DNA of 64,000 bases from Eledone cirrhosa (Eukaryota): NCBI GenBank assembly GCA_964016885.1, contig OZ024753.1, positions 20,460,001 to 20,524,000 of the forward strand. Direction: 5' to 3'. The position numbers were made by a program, and so were the translations under genes. How positions within the stretch are numbered: position 1 is the stretch's first letter; every line of letters begins with the position of its first letter. The notes under the pieces are model-generated. The model did not search any database and was not told the origin of the DNA. It worked only from the letters and a program-made list of their open reading frames with translations. Below, piece after piece: positions 25,550-39,499 of this stretch.

Positions 25550-28500
25550 GATACAGTGTAGTGTCTGGAGTGTTGGGAAGGATCTGTGTGTGTTGTGATA
25601 CAGTATAGTGTCTGGGGAGTTGGGAAGGATCTGTGTGTGTTGTGATACAGTATAGTGTCTGGGGAGTTGGGAAGGATCTGTGTGTGTTGTGATACAGTAT
25701 AGTGTCTGGGGTGTTGGGAAGGATCTGTGTGTGTTGTGATACAGTGTAGTGTCTGGGGAGTTGGGATGGATCTGTGTGTGTTGTGATACAGTGTAGTGTC
25801 TGGGGAGTTGGGAAGGATCTGTGTGTGTTGTGATACAGTGTAGTGTCTGGGGAGTTGGGAAGGATCTGTGTGTGTTGTGATACAGTGTAGTGTCTGGGGA
25901 GTTGGGAAGGATCTGTGTGTGTTGTGATACAGTATAGTGTCTGGGGTGTTGGGAAGGATCTGTGTGTGTTGTGATACAGTGTAGTGTCTGGGGAGTTGGG
26001 AAGGATCTGTGTGTGTTGTGATACAGTGTAGTGCCTAGGGAGTTGGGAAGGATCTGTGTGTGTTGTGATACAGTATAGTGTCTGGGGAGTTGGGAAGGAT
26101 CTGTGTGTGTTGTGATACAGTATAGTGTCTGGGGTTTTGGGAAGGTTCTGTGTGTGTTGTGATAGAGTGTAGTGTCTGGGGTGTTGGGAAGGATCTGTGT
26201 GTGTTGTGATACAGTGTAGTGTCTGGGGTGTTGGGAAGAATCTGTGTGTGTTGTGATAGAGTGTAGTGTCTGGGGTGTTGGGAAGGATCTGTGTGTGTTG
26301 TGATACAGTATAGTGTCTGGGGAGTTGGGAAGGATCTGTGTGTGTTCTGATACAGTATAGTGTCTGGGGTGTTGGGAAGGATCTGTGTGTGTTGTGATAC
26401 AGTGTAGTGTCTGGGGTGTTGGGAAGGATCTGTGTGTGTTGTGATACAGTGTAGTGTCTGGGGTGTTGGGAAGGATCTGTGTGTGTTGTGATACAGTATA
26501 GTGTCTGGGGAGTTGGGAAGGATCTGTGTGTGTTGTGATACAGTATAGTGTCTTGGGTGTTGGGAAGGATCTGTGTGTGTTGTGATACAGTGTAGTGTCT
26601 GGGGAGTTGGGAAGGATCTGTGTGTGTTGTGATACAGTGTAGTGACTGGGGAGTTGGGAAGGATCTGTGTGTGTTGTGATACAGTATAGTGTCTGGGGTG
26701 TTGGGAAGGATATGTGTGTGTTGTGATACAGTGTAGTGTCTGGGGTGTTGGGAAGGATCTATGTGTGTTGTGATACAGTATAGTGTCTGGGGAGTTGGGA
26801 AGGATCTGTGTGTGTTGTGATACAGTATAGTGTCTGGTGTGTTGGGAAGGATCTGTGTGTGTTGTGATACAGTGTAGTGTCTGGGGAGTTGGGAAGGATC
26901 TGTGTGTGTTGTGATACAGTGTAGTGTCTAGGGAGTTGGGAAGGATCTGTGTGTGTTGTGATACAGTATAGTGTCTGGGGAGTTGGGAAGGATCTGTGTG
27001 TGTTGTGATACAGTATAGTGTCTGGTGTGTTGGGAAGGATCTGTGTGTGTTGTGATACAGTGTAGTGTCTGGGGTGTTGGGAAGGATCTGTGTGTGTTGT
27101 GATACAGTGTAGTGTCTGGGGTGTTGGGAAGGATCTGTGTGTGTTGTGATACAGTATAGTGTCTGGGGAGTTGGGAAGGATCTGTGTGTGTTGTGATACA
27201 GTATAGTGTCTGGGGTGTTGGGAAGGATCTGTGTGTGTTGTGATACAGTGTAGTGTCTGGGGAGTTGGGAAGGATCTGTGTGTGTTGTGATACAGTGTGG
27301 TGTCTGGGGAGTTGGGAAGGATCTGTGTGTGTTGTGATACAGTGTAGTGTCTGGGGAGTTGGGAAGGATCTGTGTGTGTTGTGATACAGTATAGTGTCTG
27401 TGGAGTTGGGAAGGATCTGTGTGTGTTGTGATCCAGTATAGTGTCTGGGGAGTTGGGAAGGATCTGTGTGTGTTGTGATACAGTATAGTGTCTGGGGAGT
27501 TGGGAAGGATCTGTGTGTGTTGTGATACAGTATAGTGTCTTGGGTGTTGGGAAGGATCTGTGTGTGTTGTGATACAGTGTAGTGTCTGGGGAGTTGGGAA
27601 GGATGTGTGTGTGTTGTGATACAGTGTAGTGTCTGGGGAGTTGGGAAGGATCTGTGTGTGGTGTGATACAGTGTAGTGTCTGGAGAGTTGGGAAGGATCT
27701 GTGTGTGTTGTGATACAGTGTAGTGTCTGGGGAGTTGGGAAGGATCTGTGTGTGTTGTGATACAGTATAGTGTCTGGGGTGTTGGGAAGGATCTGTGTGT
27801 GTTGTGATGCAGTGTAGTGTCTGGGGAGTTGGGAAGGATCTGTGTGTGTTGTGATACAGTGTAGTGTCTGGGGAGTTGGGAAGGATCTGTGTGTGTTGTG
27901 ATACAGTGTAGTGTCTGGGGAGTTGGGAAGGATCTGTGTGTGTTGTGATACAGTGTAGTGACTGGGGAGTTGGGAAGGATCTGTGTGTGTTGTGATACAG
28001 TATAGTGTCTGGGGTGTTGGGAAGGATATGTGTGTGTTGTGATACAGTGTAGTGTCTGGGGTGTTGGGAAGGATCTATGTGTGTTGTGATACAGTATAGT
28101 GTCTGGGGAGTTGGGAAGGATCTGTGTGTGTTGTGATACAGTATAGTGTCTGGTGTGTTGGGAAGGATCTGTGTGTGTTGTGATACAGTGTAGTGTCTGG
28201 GGAGTTGGGAAGGATCTGTGTGTGTTGTGATACAGTGTAGTGTCTAGGGAGTTGGGAAGGATCTGTGTGTGTTGTGATACAGTATAGTGTCTGGGGAGTT
28301 GGGAAGGATCTGTGTGTGTTGTGATACAGTATAGTGTCTGGTGTGTTGGGAAGGATCTGTGTGTATTGTGATACAGTGTAGTGTCTGGGGTGTTGGGAAG
28401 GATTTGTGTGTGTTGTGATACAGTGTAGTGTCTGGGGTGTTGGGAAGGATCTGTGTGTGTTGTGATACAGTATAGTGTCTGGGGAGTTGGGAAGAATCTG

Positions 28501-31500
28501 TGTGTGTTGTGATACAGTATAGTGTCTGGGGTGTTGGGAAGGATCTGTGTGTGTTGTGATACAGTGTAGTGTCTGGGGAGTTGGGAAGGATCTGTGTGTG
28601 TTGTGATACAGTGTAGTGTCTGGGGAGTTGGGAAGGATCTGTGTGTGTTGTGATACAGTGTAGTGTCTGGGGAGTTGGGAAGGATCTGTGTGTGTTGTGA
28701 TACAGTATAGTGTCTGGGGAGTTGGGAAGGATCTGTGTGTGTTGTGATACATTTTAGTGTCTGGGGTGTTGGGAAGGATCTGTGTGTGTTGTGATACAGT
28801 GTAGTGTCTGGGGAGTTGGGAAGGATCTGTGTGTGTTGTGATACAGTGTAGTGTCTGGGGAGTTGGCAAGCATCTGTGTGTGTTGTGATACAGTGTAGTG
28901 TCTGGGGAGTTGGGAAGGATCTGTGTGTGTTGTGATATAGTATAGTATCTGGGGAGTTGGGAAGGATCTGTGTGTGTTGTGATACAGTGTAGTGTCTGGG
29001 GAGTTGGGAAGGATCTGTGTGTGTTGTGATACAGTATAGTGTCTGGGATGTTGGGAAGGATCTGTGTGTGTTGTGATACAGTATAGTGTCTGGGGAGTTG
29101 GGAAGGATCTGTGTGTGTTGTGATACAGTATAGTGTCTGGGGTGTTGGAAGGATCTGTGTGTGTTGTGATACAGTGTAGTGTCTGGGGAGTTGGGAAGGA
29201 TCTGTGTGTGTTGTGATACAGTATAGTGTCTGGGGTGTTGGGAAGGATCTGTGTGTGTTGTGATACAGTGTAGTGTCTGGAGTGTTGGGAAGGATCTGTG
29301 TGTGTTGTGATACAGTATAGTGTCTGGGGAGTTGGGAAGGATCTGTGTGTGTTGTGATACAGTATAGTGTCTGGGGAGTTGGGAAGGATCTGTGTGTGTT
29401 GTGATACAGTATAGTGTCTGGGGAGTTGGGAAGGATCTGTGTGTGTTGTGATACAGTATAGTGTCTTGGGTGTTGGGAAGGATCTGTGTGTGTTGTGATA
29501 CAGTGTAGTGTCTGGGGAGTTGGGAAGGATGTGTGTGTGTTGTGATACAGTGTAGTGTCTGGGGAGTTGGGAAGGATCTGTGTGTGGTGTGATACAGTGT
29601 AGTGTCTGGAGAGTTGGGAAGGATCTGTGTGTGTTGTGATACAGTGTAGTGTCTGGGGAGTTGGGAAGGATCTGTGTGTGTTGTGATACAGTATAGTGTC
29701 TGGGGTGTTGGGAAGGATCTGTGTGTGTTGTGATGCAGTGTAGTGTCTGGGGAGTTGGGAAGGATCTGTGTGTGTTGTGATACAGTGTAGTGTCTGGGGA
29801 GTTGGGAAGGATCTGTGTGTGTTGTGATACAGTGTAGTGTCTGGGGAGTTGGGAAGGATCTGTGTGTGTTGTGATACAGTGTAGTGACTGGGGAGTTGGG
29901 AAGGATCTGTGTGTGTTGTGATACAGTATAGTGTCTGGGGTGTTGGGAAGGATATGTGTGTGTTGTGATACAGTGTAGTGTCTGGGGTGTTGGGAAGGAT
30001 CTATGTGTGTTGTGATACAGTATAGTGTCTGGGGAGTTGGGAAGGATCTGTGTGTGTTGTGATACAGTATAGTGTCTGGTGTGTTGGGAAGGATCTGTGT
30101 GTGTTGTGATACAGTGTAGTGTCTGGGGAGTTGGGAAGGATCTGTGTGTGTTGTGATACAGTGTAGTGTCTAGGGAGTTGGGAAGGATCTGTGTGTGTTG
30201 TGATACAGTATAGTGTCTGGGGAGTTGGGAAGGATCTGTGTGTGTTGTGATACAGTATAGTGTCTGGTGTGTTGGGAAGGATCTGTGTGTATTGTGATAC
30301 AGTGTAGTGTCTGGGGTGTTGGGAAGGATTTGTGTGTGTTGTGATACAGTGTAGTGTCTGGGGTGTTGGGAAGGATCTGTGTGTGTTGTGATACAGTATA
30401 GTGTCTGGGGAGTTGGGAAGAATCTGTGTGTGTTGTGATACAGTATAGTGTCTGGGGTGTTGGGAAGGATCTGTGTGTGTTGTGATACAGTGTAGTGTCT
30501 GGGGAGTTGGGAAGGATCTGTGTGTGTTGTGATACAGTGTAGTGTCTGGGGAGTTGGGAAGGATCTGTGTGTGTTGTGATACAGTGTAGTGTCTGGGGAG
30601 TTGGGAAGGATCTGTGTGTGTTGTGATACAGTATAGTGTCTGGGGAGTTGGGAAGGATCTGTGTGTGTTGTGATACATTTTAGTGTCTGGGGTGTTGGGA
30701 AGGATCTGTGTGTGTTGTGATACAGTGTAGTGTCTGGGGAGTTGGGAAGGATCTGTGTGTGTTGTGATACAGTGTAGTGTCTGGGGAGTTGGCAAGCATC
30801 TGTGTGTGTTGTGATACAGTGTAGTGTCTGGGGAGTTGGGAAGGATCTGTGTGTGTTGTGATATAGTATAGTATCTGGGGAGTTGGGAAGGATCTGTGTG
30901 TGTTGTGATACAGTGTAGTGTCTGGGGAGTTGGGAAGGATCTGTGTGTGTTGTGATACAGTATAGTGTCTGGGATGTTGGGAAGGATCTGTGTGTGTTGT
31001 GATACAGTATAGTGTCTGGGGTGTTGGAAGGATCTGTGTGTGTTGTGATACAGTGTAGTGTCTGGGGAGTTGGGAAGGATCTGTGTGTGTTGTGATACAG
31101 TATAGTGTCTGGGGTGTTGGGAAGGATCTGTGTGTGTTGTGATACAGTGTAGTGTCTGGAGTGTTGGGAAGGATCTGTGTGTGTTGTGATACAGTATAGT
31201 GTCTGGGGAGTTGGGAAGGATCTGTGTGTGTTGTGATACAGTATAGTGTCTGGGGAGTTGGGAAGGATCTGTGTGTGTTGTGATACAGTATAGTGTCTGG
31301 GGTGTTGGGAAGGATCTGTGTGTGTTGTGATACAGTGTAGTGTCTGGGGAGTTGGGATGGATCTGTGTGTGTTGTGATACAGTGTAGTGTCTGGGGAGTT
31401 GGGAAGGATCTGTGTGTGTTGTGATACAGTGTAGTGTCTGGGGAGTTGGGAAGGATCTGTGTGTGTTGTGATACAGTGTAGTGTCTGGGGAGTTGGGAAG

Positions 31501-34440
31501 GATCTGTGTGTGTTGTGATACAGTATAGTGTCTGGGGTGTTGGGAAGGATCTGTGTGTGTTGTGATACAGTGTAGTGTCTGGGGAGTTGGGAAGGATCTG
31601 TGTGTGTTGTGATACAGTGTAGTGCCTAGGGAGTTGGGAAGGATCTGTGTGTGTTGTGATACAGTATAGTGTCTGGGGAGTTGGGAAGGATCTGTGTGTG
31701 TTGTGATACAGTATAGTGTCTGGGGTTTTGGGAAGGTTCTGTGTGTGTTGTGATAGAGTGTAGTGTCTGGGGTGTTGGGAAGGATCTGTGTGTGTTGTGA
31801 TACAGTGTAGTGTCTGGGGTGTTGGGAAGAATCTGTGTGTGTTGTGATAGAGTGTAGTGTCTGGGGTGTTGGGAAGGATCTGTGTGTGTTGTGATACAGT
31901 ATAGTGTCTGGGGAGTTGGGAAGGATCTGTGTGTGTTCTGATACAGTATAGTGTCTGGGGTGTTGGGAAGGATCTGTGTGTGTTGTGATACAGTGTAGTG
32001 TCTGGGGTGTTGGGAAGGATCTGTGTGTGTTGTGATACAGTGTAGTGTCTGGGGTGTTGGGAAGGATCTGTGTGTGTTGTGATACAGTATAGTGTCTGGG
32101 GAGTTGGGAAGGATCTGTGTGTGTTGTGATACAGTATAGTGTCTTGGGTGTTGGGAAGGATCTGTGTGTGTTGTGATACAGTGTAGTGTCTGGGGAGTTG
32201 GGAAGGATCTGTGTGTGTTGTGATACAGTGTAGTGACTGGGGAGTTGGGAAGGATCTGTGTGTGTTGTGATACAGTATAGTGTCTGGGGTGTTGGGAAGG
32301 ATATGTGTGTGTTGTGATACAGTGTAGTGTCTGGGGTGTTGGGAAGGATCTATGTGTGTTGTGATACAGTATAGTGTCTGGGGAGTTGGGAAGGATCTGT
32401 GTGTGTTGTGATACAGTATAGTGTCTGGTGTGTTGGGAAGGATCTGTGTGTGTTGTGATACAGTGTAGTGTCTGGGGAGTTGGGAAGGATCTGTGTGTGT
32501 TGTGATACAGTGTAGTGTCTAGGGAGTTGGGAAGGATCTGTGTGTGTTGTGATACAGTATAGTGTCTGGGGAGTTGGGAAGGATCTGTGTGTGTTGTGAT
32601 ACAGTATAGTGTCTGGTGTGTTGGGAAGGATCTGTGTGTGTTGTGATACAGTGTAGTGTCTGGGGTGTTGGGAAGGATCTGTGTGTGTTGTGATACAGTG
32701 TAGTGTCTGGGGTGTTGGGAAGGATCTGTGTGTGTTGTGATACAGTATAGTGTCTGGGGAGTTGGGAAGGATCTGTGTGTGTTGTGATACAGTATAGTGT
32801 CTGGGGTGTTGGGAAGGATCTGTGTGTGTTGTGATACAGTGTAGTGTCTGGGGAGTTGGGAAGGATCTGTGTGTGTTGTGATACAGTGTGGTGTCTGGGG
32901 AGTTGGGAAGGATCTGTGTGTGTTGTGATACAGTGTAGTGTCTGGGGAGTTGGGAAGGATCTGTGTGTGTTGTGATACAGTATAGTGTCTGTGGAGTTGG
33001 GAAGGATCTGTGTGTGTTGTGATCCAGTATAGTGTCTGGGGAGTTGGGAAGGATCTGTGTGTGTTGTGATACAGTATAGTGTCTGGGGAGTTGGGAAGGA
33101 TCTGTGTGTGTTGTGATACAGTATAGTGTCTTGGGTGTTGGGAAGGATCTGTGTGTGTTGTGATACAGTGTAGTGTCTGGGGAGTTGGGAAGGATGTGTG
33201 TGTGTTGTGATACAGTGTAGTGTCTGGGGAGTTGGGAAGGATCTGTGTGTGGTGTGATACAGTGTAGTGTCTGGAGAGTTGGGAAGGATCTGTGTGTGTT
33301 GTGATACAGTGTAGTGTCTGGGGAGTTGGGAAGGATCTGTGTGTGTTGTGATACAGTATAGTGTCTGGGGTGTTGGGAAGGATCTGTGTGTGTTGTGATG
33401 CAGTGTAGTGTCTGGGGAGTTGGGAAGGATCTGTGTGTGTTGTGATACAGTGTAGTGTCTGGGGAGTTGGGAAGGATCTGTGTGTGTTGTGATACAGTGT
33501 AGTGTCTGGGGAGTTGGGAAGGATCTGTGTGTGTTGTGATACAGTGTAGTGACTGGGGAGTTGGGAAGGATCTGTGTGTGTTGTGATACAGTATAGTGTC
33601 TGGGGTGTTGGGAAGGATATGTGTGTGTTGTGATACAGTGTAGTGTCTGGGGTGTTGGGAAGGATCTATGTGTGTTGTGATACAGTATAGTGTCTGGGGA
33701 GTTGGGAAGGATCTGTGTGTGTTGTGATACAGTATAGTGTCTGGTGTGTTGGGAAGGATCTGTGTGTGTTGTGATACAGTGTAGTGTCTGGGGAGTTGGG
33801 AAGGATCTGTGTGTGTTGTGATACAGTGTAGTGTCTAGGGAGTTGGGAAGGATCTGTGTGTGTTGTGATACAGTATAGTGTCTGGGGAGTTGGGAAGGAT
33901 CTGTGTGTGTTGTGATACAGTATAGTGTCTGGTGTGTTGGGAAGGATCTGTGTGTATTGTGATACAGTGTAGTGTCTGGGGTGTTGGGAAGGATTTGTGT
34001 GTGTTGTGATACAGTGTAGTGTCTGGGGTGTTGGGAAGGATCTGTGTGTGTTGTGATACAGTATAGTGTCTGGGGAGTTGGGAAGAATCTGTGTGTGTTG
34101 TGATACAGTATAGTGTCTGGGGTGTTGGGAAGGATCTGTGTGTGTTGTGATACAGTGTAGTGTCTGGGGAGTTGGGAAGGATCTGTGTGTGTTGTGATAC
34201 AGTGTAGTGTCTGGGGAGTTGGGAAGGATCTGTGTGTGTTGTGATACAGTGTAGTGTCTGGGGAGTTGGGAAGGATCTGTGTGTGTTGTGATACAGTATA
34301 GTGTCTGGGGAGTTGGGAAGGATCTGTGTGTGTTGTGATACATTTTAGTGTCTGGGGTGTTGGGAAGGATCTGTGTGTGTTGTGATACAGTGTAGTGTCT
34401 GGGGAGTTGGGAAGGATCTGTGTGTGTTGTGATACAGTGT
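25550..34440 (+). repeat. Duplication ~25.5-28.85 kb / ~31.1-34.4 kb, offset 5591 bp (119 monomers - 2 bp)
   Basis: GAAGGTTCT at 26141/31732, ACATTTT at 28749/34340, and ORF stops at 28075/33666. Confidence 0.85.
27450..31000 (+). repeat. Tandem duplication, offset 1926 bp (41 monomers - 1 bp)
   Basis: GGCAAGCATC at 28865/30791, and identical 264-aa ORFs at 28075..28869 and 30001..30795. Confidence 0.85.
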
Positions 34441-37400
34441 AGTGTCTGGGGAGTTGGGAAGGATCTGTGTGTGTTGTGATACAGTGTAGTGTCTGGGGAG
34501 TTGGGAAGTATCTGTGTGTGTTGTGATACAGTGTAGTGACTGGGGAGTTGGGAAGGATCTGTGTGTGTTGTGATACAGTATAGTGTCTGGGGTGTTGGGA
34601 AGGATCTGTGTGTGTTGTGATACAGTGTAGTGTCTGGGGTGTTGGGAAGGATCTGTGTGTGTTGTGATACAGTATAGTGTCTGGGGAGTTGGGAAGGATC
34701 TGTGTGTGTTCTGATACAGTATAGTGTCTGGGGTGTTGGGAAGGATCTGTGTGTGTTGTGATACAGTGTAGTGTATGGGGTGTTGGGAAGGATCTATGTG
34801 TGTTGTGATACAGTATAGTGTCTGGGGAGTTGGGAAGGATCTGTGTGTGTTGTGATACAGTATAGTGTCTGGTGTGTTGGGAAGGATCTGTGTGTGTTGT
34901 GATACAGTGTAGTGTCTGGGGAGTTGGGAAGGATCTGTGTGTGTTGTGATACAGTGTAGTGTCTAGGGAGTTGGGAAGGATCTGTGTGTGTTGTGATACA
35001 GTATAGTGTCTGGGGAGTTGGGAAGGATCTGTGTGTGTTGTGATACAGTATAGTGTCTGGTGTGTTGGGAAGGATCTGTGTGTGTTGTGATACAGTGTAG
35101 TGTCTGGGGTGTTGGGAAGGATCTGTGTGTGTTGTGATACAGTGTAGTGTCTGGGGTGTTGGGAAGGATCTGTGTGTGTTGTGATACAGTATAGTGTCTG
35201 GGGAGTTGGGAAGGATCTGTGTGTGTTGTGATACAATATAGTGTCTGGGGTGTTGGGAAGGATCTGTGTGTGTTGTGATACAGTGTAGTGTCTGGGGAGT
35301 TGGGAAGGATCTGTGTGTGTTGTGATACAGTGTAGTGTCTGGGGAGTTCGGAAGGATCTGTGTGTGTTGTGATACAGTGTAGTGTCTGGGGAGTTGGGAA
35401 GGATCTGTGTGTGTTGTGATACAGTATAGTGTCTGGGGAGTTGGGAAGGATCTGTGTGTGTTGTGATCCAGTATAGTGTCTGGGGAGTTGGGAAGGATCT
35501 GTGTGTGTTGTGATACAGTATAGTGTCTGGGGTGTTGGGAAGGATCTGTGTGTGTTGTGATACAGTGTAGTGTCTGGGGAGTTGGGAAGGATCTGTGTGT
35601 GTTGTGATACAGTATAGTGTCTGGGGAGTTGGGAAGGATCTGTGTGTGTTGTGATACAGTATAGTGTCTTGGGTGTTGGGAAGGATCTGTGTGTGTTGTG
35701 ATACAGTGTAGTGTCTGGGGAGTTGGGAAGGATATGTGTGTGTTGTGATACAGTGTAGTGTCTGGGGAGTTGGGAAGGATCTGTGTGTGGTGTGATACAG
35801 TGTAGTGTCTGGAGAGTTGGGAAGGATCTGTGTGTGTTGTGATACAGTGTAGTGTCTGGGGAGTTGGGAAGGATCTGTGTGTGTTGTGATACAGTGTAGT
35901 GTCTGGGGAGTTGGCAAGCATCTGTGTGTGTTGTGATACAGTGTAGTGTCTGGGGAGTTGGGAAGGATCTGTGTGTGTTGTGATACAGTATAGTATCTGG
36001 GGAGTTGGGAAGGATCTGTGTGTGTTGTGATACAGTATAGTGTCTGGGGAGTTGGGAAGGATCTGTGTGTGTTGTGATACAGTATAGTGTCTGGGGTGTT
36101 GGGAAGGATCTGTGTGTGTTGTGATACAGTATAGTGTCTGGGGAGTTGGGAAGGATCTGTGTGTGTTGTGATACAGTATAGTGTCTGGGGTGTTGGAAGG
36201 ATCTGTCTGTGTTGTGATACAGTGTAGTGTCTGGGGAGTTGGGAAGGATCTGTGTGTGTTGTGATACAGTATAGTGTCTGGTGTGTTGGGAAGGATCTGT
36301 GTGTGTTGTGATACAGTGTAGTGTCTGGGGTGTTGGGAAGGATCTGTGTGTGTTGTGATACAGTGTAGTGTCTGGAGTGTTGGGAAGGATCTGTGTGTGT
36401 TGTGATACAGTATAGTGTCTGGGGAGTTGGGAAGGATCTGTGTGTGTTGTGATACAGTATAGTGTCTGGGGAGTTGGGAAGGATCTGTGTGTGTTGTGAT
36501 ACAGTATAGTGTCTGGGGTGTTGGGAAGGATCTGTGTGTGTTGTGATACAGTGTAGTGTCTGGGGAGTTGGGATGGATCTGTGTGTGTTGTGATACAGTG
36601 TAGTGTCTGGGGAGTTGGGAAGGATCTGTGTGTGTTGTGATACAGTGTAGTGTCTGGGGAGTTGGGAAGGATCTGTGTGTGATGTGATACAGTGTAGTGT
36701 CTGGGGAGTTGGGAAGGATCTGTGTGTGTTGTGATACAGTATAGTGTCTGGGGTGTTGGGAAGGATCTGTGTGTGTTGTGATACAGTGTAGTGTCTGGGG
36801 AGTTGGGAAGGGTCTGTGTGTGTTGTGATACAGTGTAGTGCCTAGGGAGTTGGGAAGGATCTGTGTGTGTTGTGATACAGTATAGTGTCTGGGGAGTTGG
36901 GAAGGATCTGTGTGTGTTGTGATACAGTATAGTGTCTGGGGTTTTGGGAAGGATCTGTGTGTGTTGTGATAGAGTGTAGTGTCTGGGGTGTTGGGAAGGA
37001 TCTGTGTGTGTTGTGATACAGTGTAGTGTCTGGGGTGTTGGGAAGAATCTGTGTGTGTTGTGATACAGTATAGTGTCTGGGGAGTTGGGAAGGATCTGTG
37101 TGTGTTGTGATACAGTATAGTGTCTTGGGTGTTGGGAAGGATCTGTGTGTGTTGTGATACAGTGTAGTGTCTGGGGAGTTGGGGAGGATCTGTGTGTGTT
37201 GTGATACAGTGTAGTGTCTGGGGAGTTGGGAAGGATCTGTGTGTGGTGTGATACAGTGTAGTGTCTGGAGAGTTGGGAAGGATCTGTGTGTTGTGATACA
37301 GTGTAGTGTCTGGGGAGTTGGGAAGGATCTGTGTGTGTTGTGATACAGTATAGTGTCTGGGGAGTTGGGAAGGATATGTGTGTGTTGTGATACACTATAG

Positions 37401-39499
37401 TGTCTGGGGAGTTGGGAAGGATCTGTGTGTGTTGTGATACAGTATAGTGTCTGGGGTGTTGGGAAGGATCTGTGTGTGTTGTGATACAGTGTAGTGTCTG
37501 ATGAGTTGGGAAGGATCTGTGTGTGTTGTGATACAGTGTGTTGTCTGGGGTGTTGGGAAGGATCTGTGTGTGTTGTGATACAGTATAGTGTCTGGGAAGT
37601 TGGGAAGGATTTGTGTGTGTTGTGATACAGTATAGTGTCTGGGGAGTTGGGAAGGATCTGTGTGTGTTGTGATACAGTATAGTGTCTGGGGTGTTGGGAA
37701 GGATCTGTGTGTGTTGTGATACAGTGTAGTGTCTGGGGTGTTGGGAAGGATCTGTGTGTGTTGTGATACAGTATAGTGTCTGGGGAGTTGGGAAGGATCT
37801 GTGTTTTGGGATACAGTATAGTGTCTGGGGTGTTGGGAAGGATCTGTGTGTGTTGTGATACAGTGTAGTGTCTGGGGAGTTGGGAAGGATCTGTGTGTGT
37901 TGTGATACAGTATAGTGTCTTGGGTGTTGGGAAGGATCTGTGTGTGTTGTGATACAGTGTAGTGTCTGGGGAGTTGGGGAGGATCTGTGTGTGTTGTGAT
38001 ACAGTGTAGTGACTGGGGAGTTGGGAAGGATCTGTGTGTGTTGTGATACAGTATAGTGTCTGGGGTGTTGGGAAGGATCTGTGTGTGTTGTGATACAGTG
38101 TAGTGTCTGGGGTGTTGGGAAGGATCTGTGTGTGTTGTGATACAGTATAGTGTCTGGGGAGTTGGGAAGGATCTGTGTGTGTTCTGATACAGTATAGTGT
38201 CTGGGGTGTTGGGAAGGATCTGTGTGTGTTGTGATACAGTGTAGTGTCTGGGGATTTGGGAAGGATCTGTGTGTGTTGTGATACAGTGTAGTGTCTAGGG
38301 AGTTGGGAAGGATCTGTGTGTGTTGTGATACAGTATAGTGTCTGGGGAGTTGGGAAGGATCTGTGTGCGTTGTGATACAGTATAGTGTCTGGGGTGTTGG
38401 GAAGGATCTGTGTGTGTTGTGATACAGTGTAGTGTCTGGGGTGTTGGGAAGGATCTGTGTGTGTTGTGATACAGTGTAGTGTCTGGGGTGTTGGGAAGGA
38501 TCTGTGTGTGTTGTGATACAGTATAGTGTCTGGGGAGTTGGGAAGGATCTGTGTGTGTTGTGATACAGTATAGTGTCTTGGGTGTTGGGAAGGATCTGTG
38601 TGTGTTGTGATACAGTGTAGTGTCTGGGGAGTTGGGAAGGATCTGTGTGTGGTGTGATACAGTGTAGTGTCTGGAGAGTTGGGAAGGATCTGTGTGTTGT
38701 GATACAGTGTAGTCTCTGGGGAGTTGGGAAGGATCTGTGTGTGTTGTGATACAGTGTAGTGTCTGGGGAGTTGGGAAGCATCTGTGTGTGTTGTGATACA
38801 ATGTAGTGTCTGGGGAGTTGGGAAGGATCTGTGTGTGTTGTGATACAGTATAGTATCTGGGGAGTTGGGAAGGATCTGTGTGTGTTGTGATACAGTGTAG
38901 TGTCTGGGGAGTTGGGAAGGATCTGTGTGTGTTGTGATACAGTATAGTGTCTGGGGTGTTGGGAAGGATCTGTGTGTGTTGTGATACAGTATAGTGTCTG
39001 GGGAGTTGGAAGGATCTGTGTGTGTTGTGATACGGTATATTGTCTGGGGTGTTGGAAGGATCTGTGTGTGTTGTGATACAGTGTAGTGTCTGGGGAGTTG
39101 GGAAGGATCTGTGTGTGTTGTGATACAGTATAGTGTCTGGTGTGTTGGGAAGGATCTGTGTGTGTTGTGATACAGTGTAGTGTCTGGGGTGTTGGGAAGG
39201 ATCTGTGTGTGTTGTGATACAGTGTAGTGTCTGGGGTGTTGGGAAGGATCTGTGTGTGTTGTGATACAGTATAGTGTCTGGGGAGTTGGGAAGGATCTGT
39301 GTGTGTTGTGATACAGTATAGTGTCTGGGGAGTTGGGAAGGATCTGTGTGTGTTGTGATACAGTATAGTGTCTGGGGTGTTGGGAAGGATCTGTGTGTGT
39401 TGTGATACAGTGTAGTGTCTGGGGAGTTGGGATGGATCTGTGTGTGTTGTGATACAGTGTAGTGTCTGGGGAGTTGGGAAGGATCTGTGTGTGTTGTGA

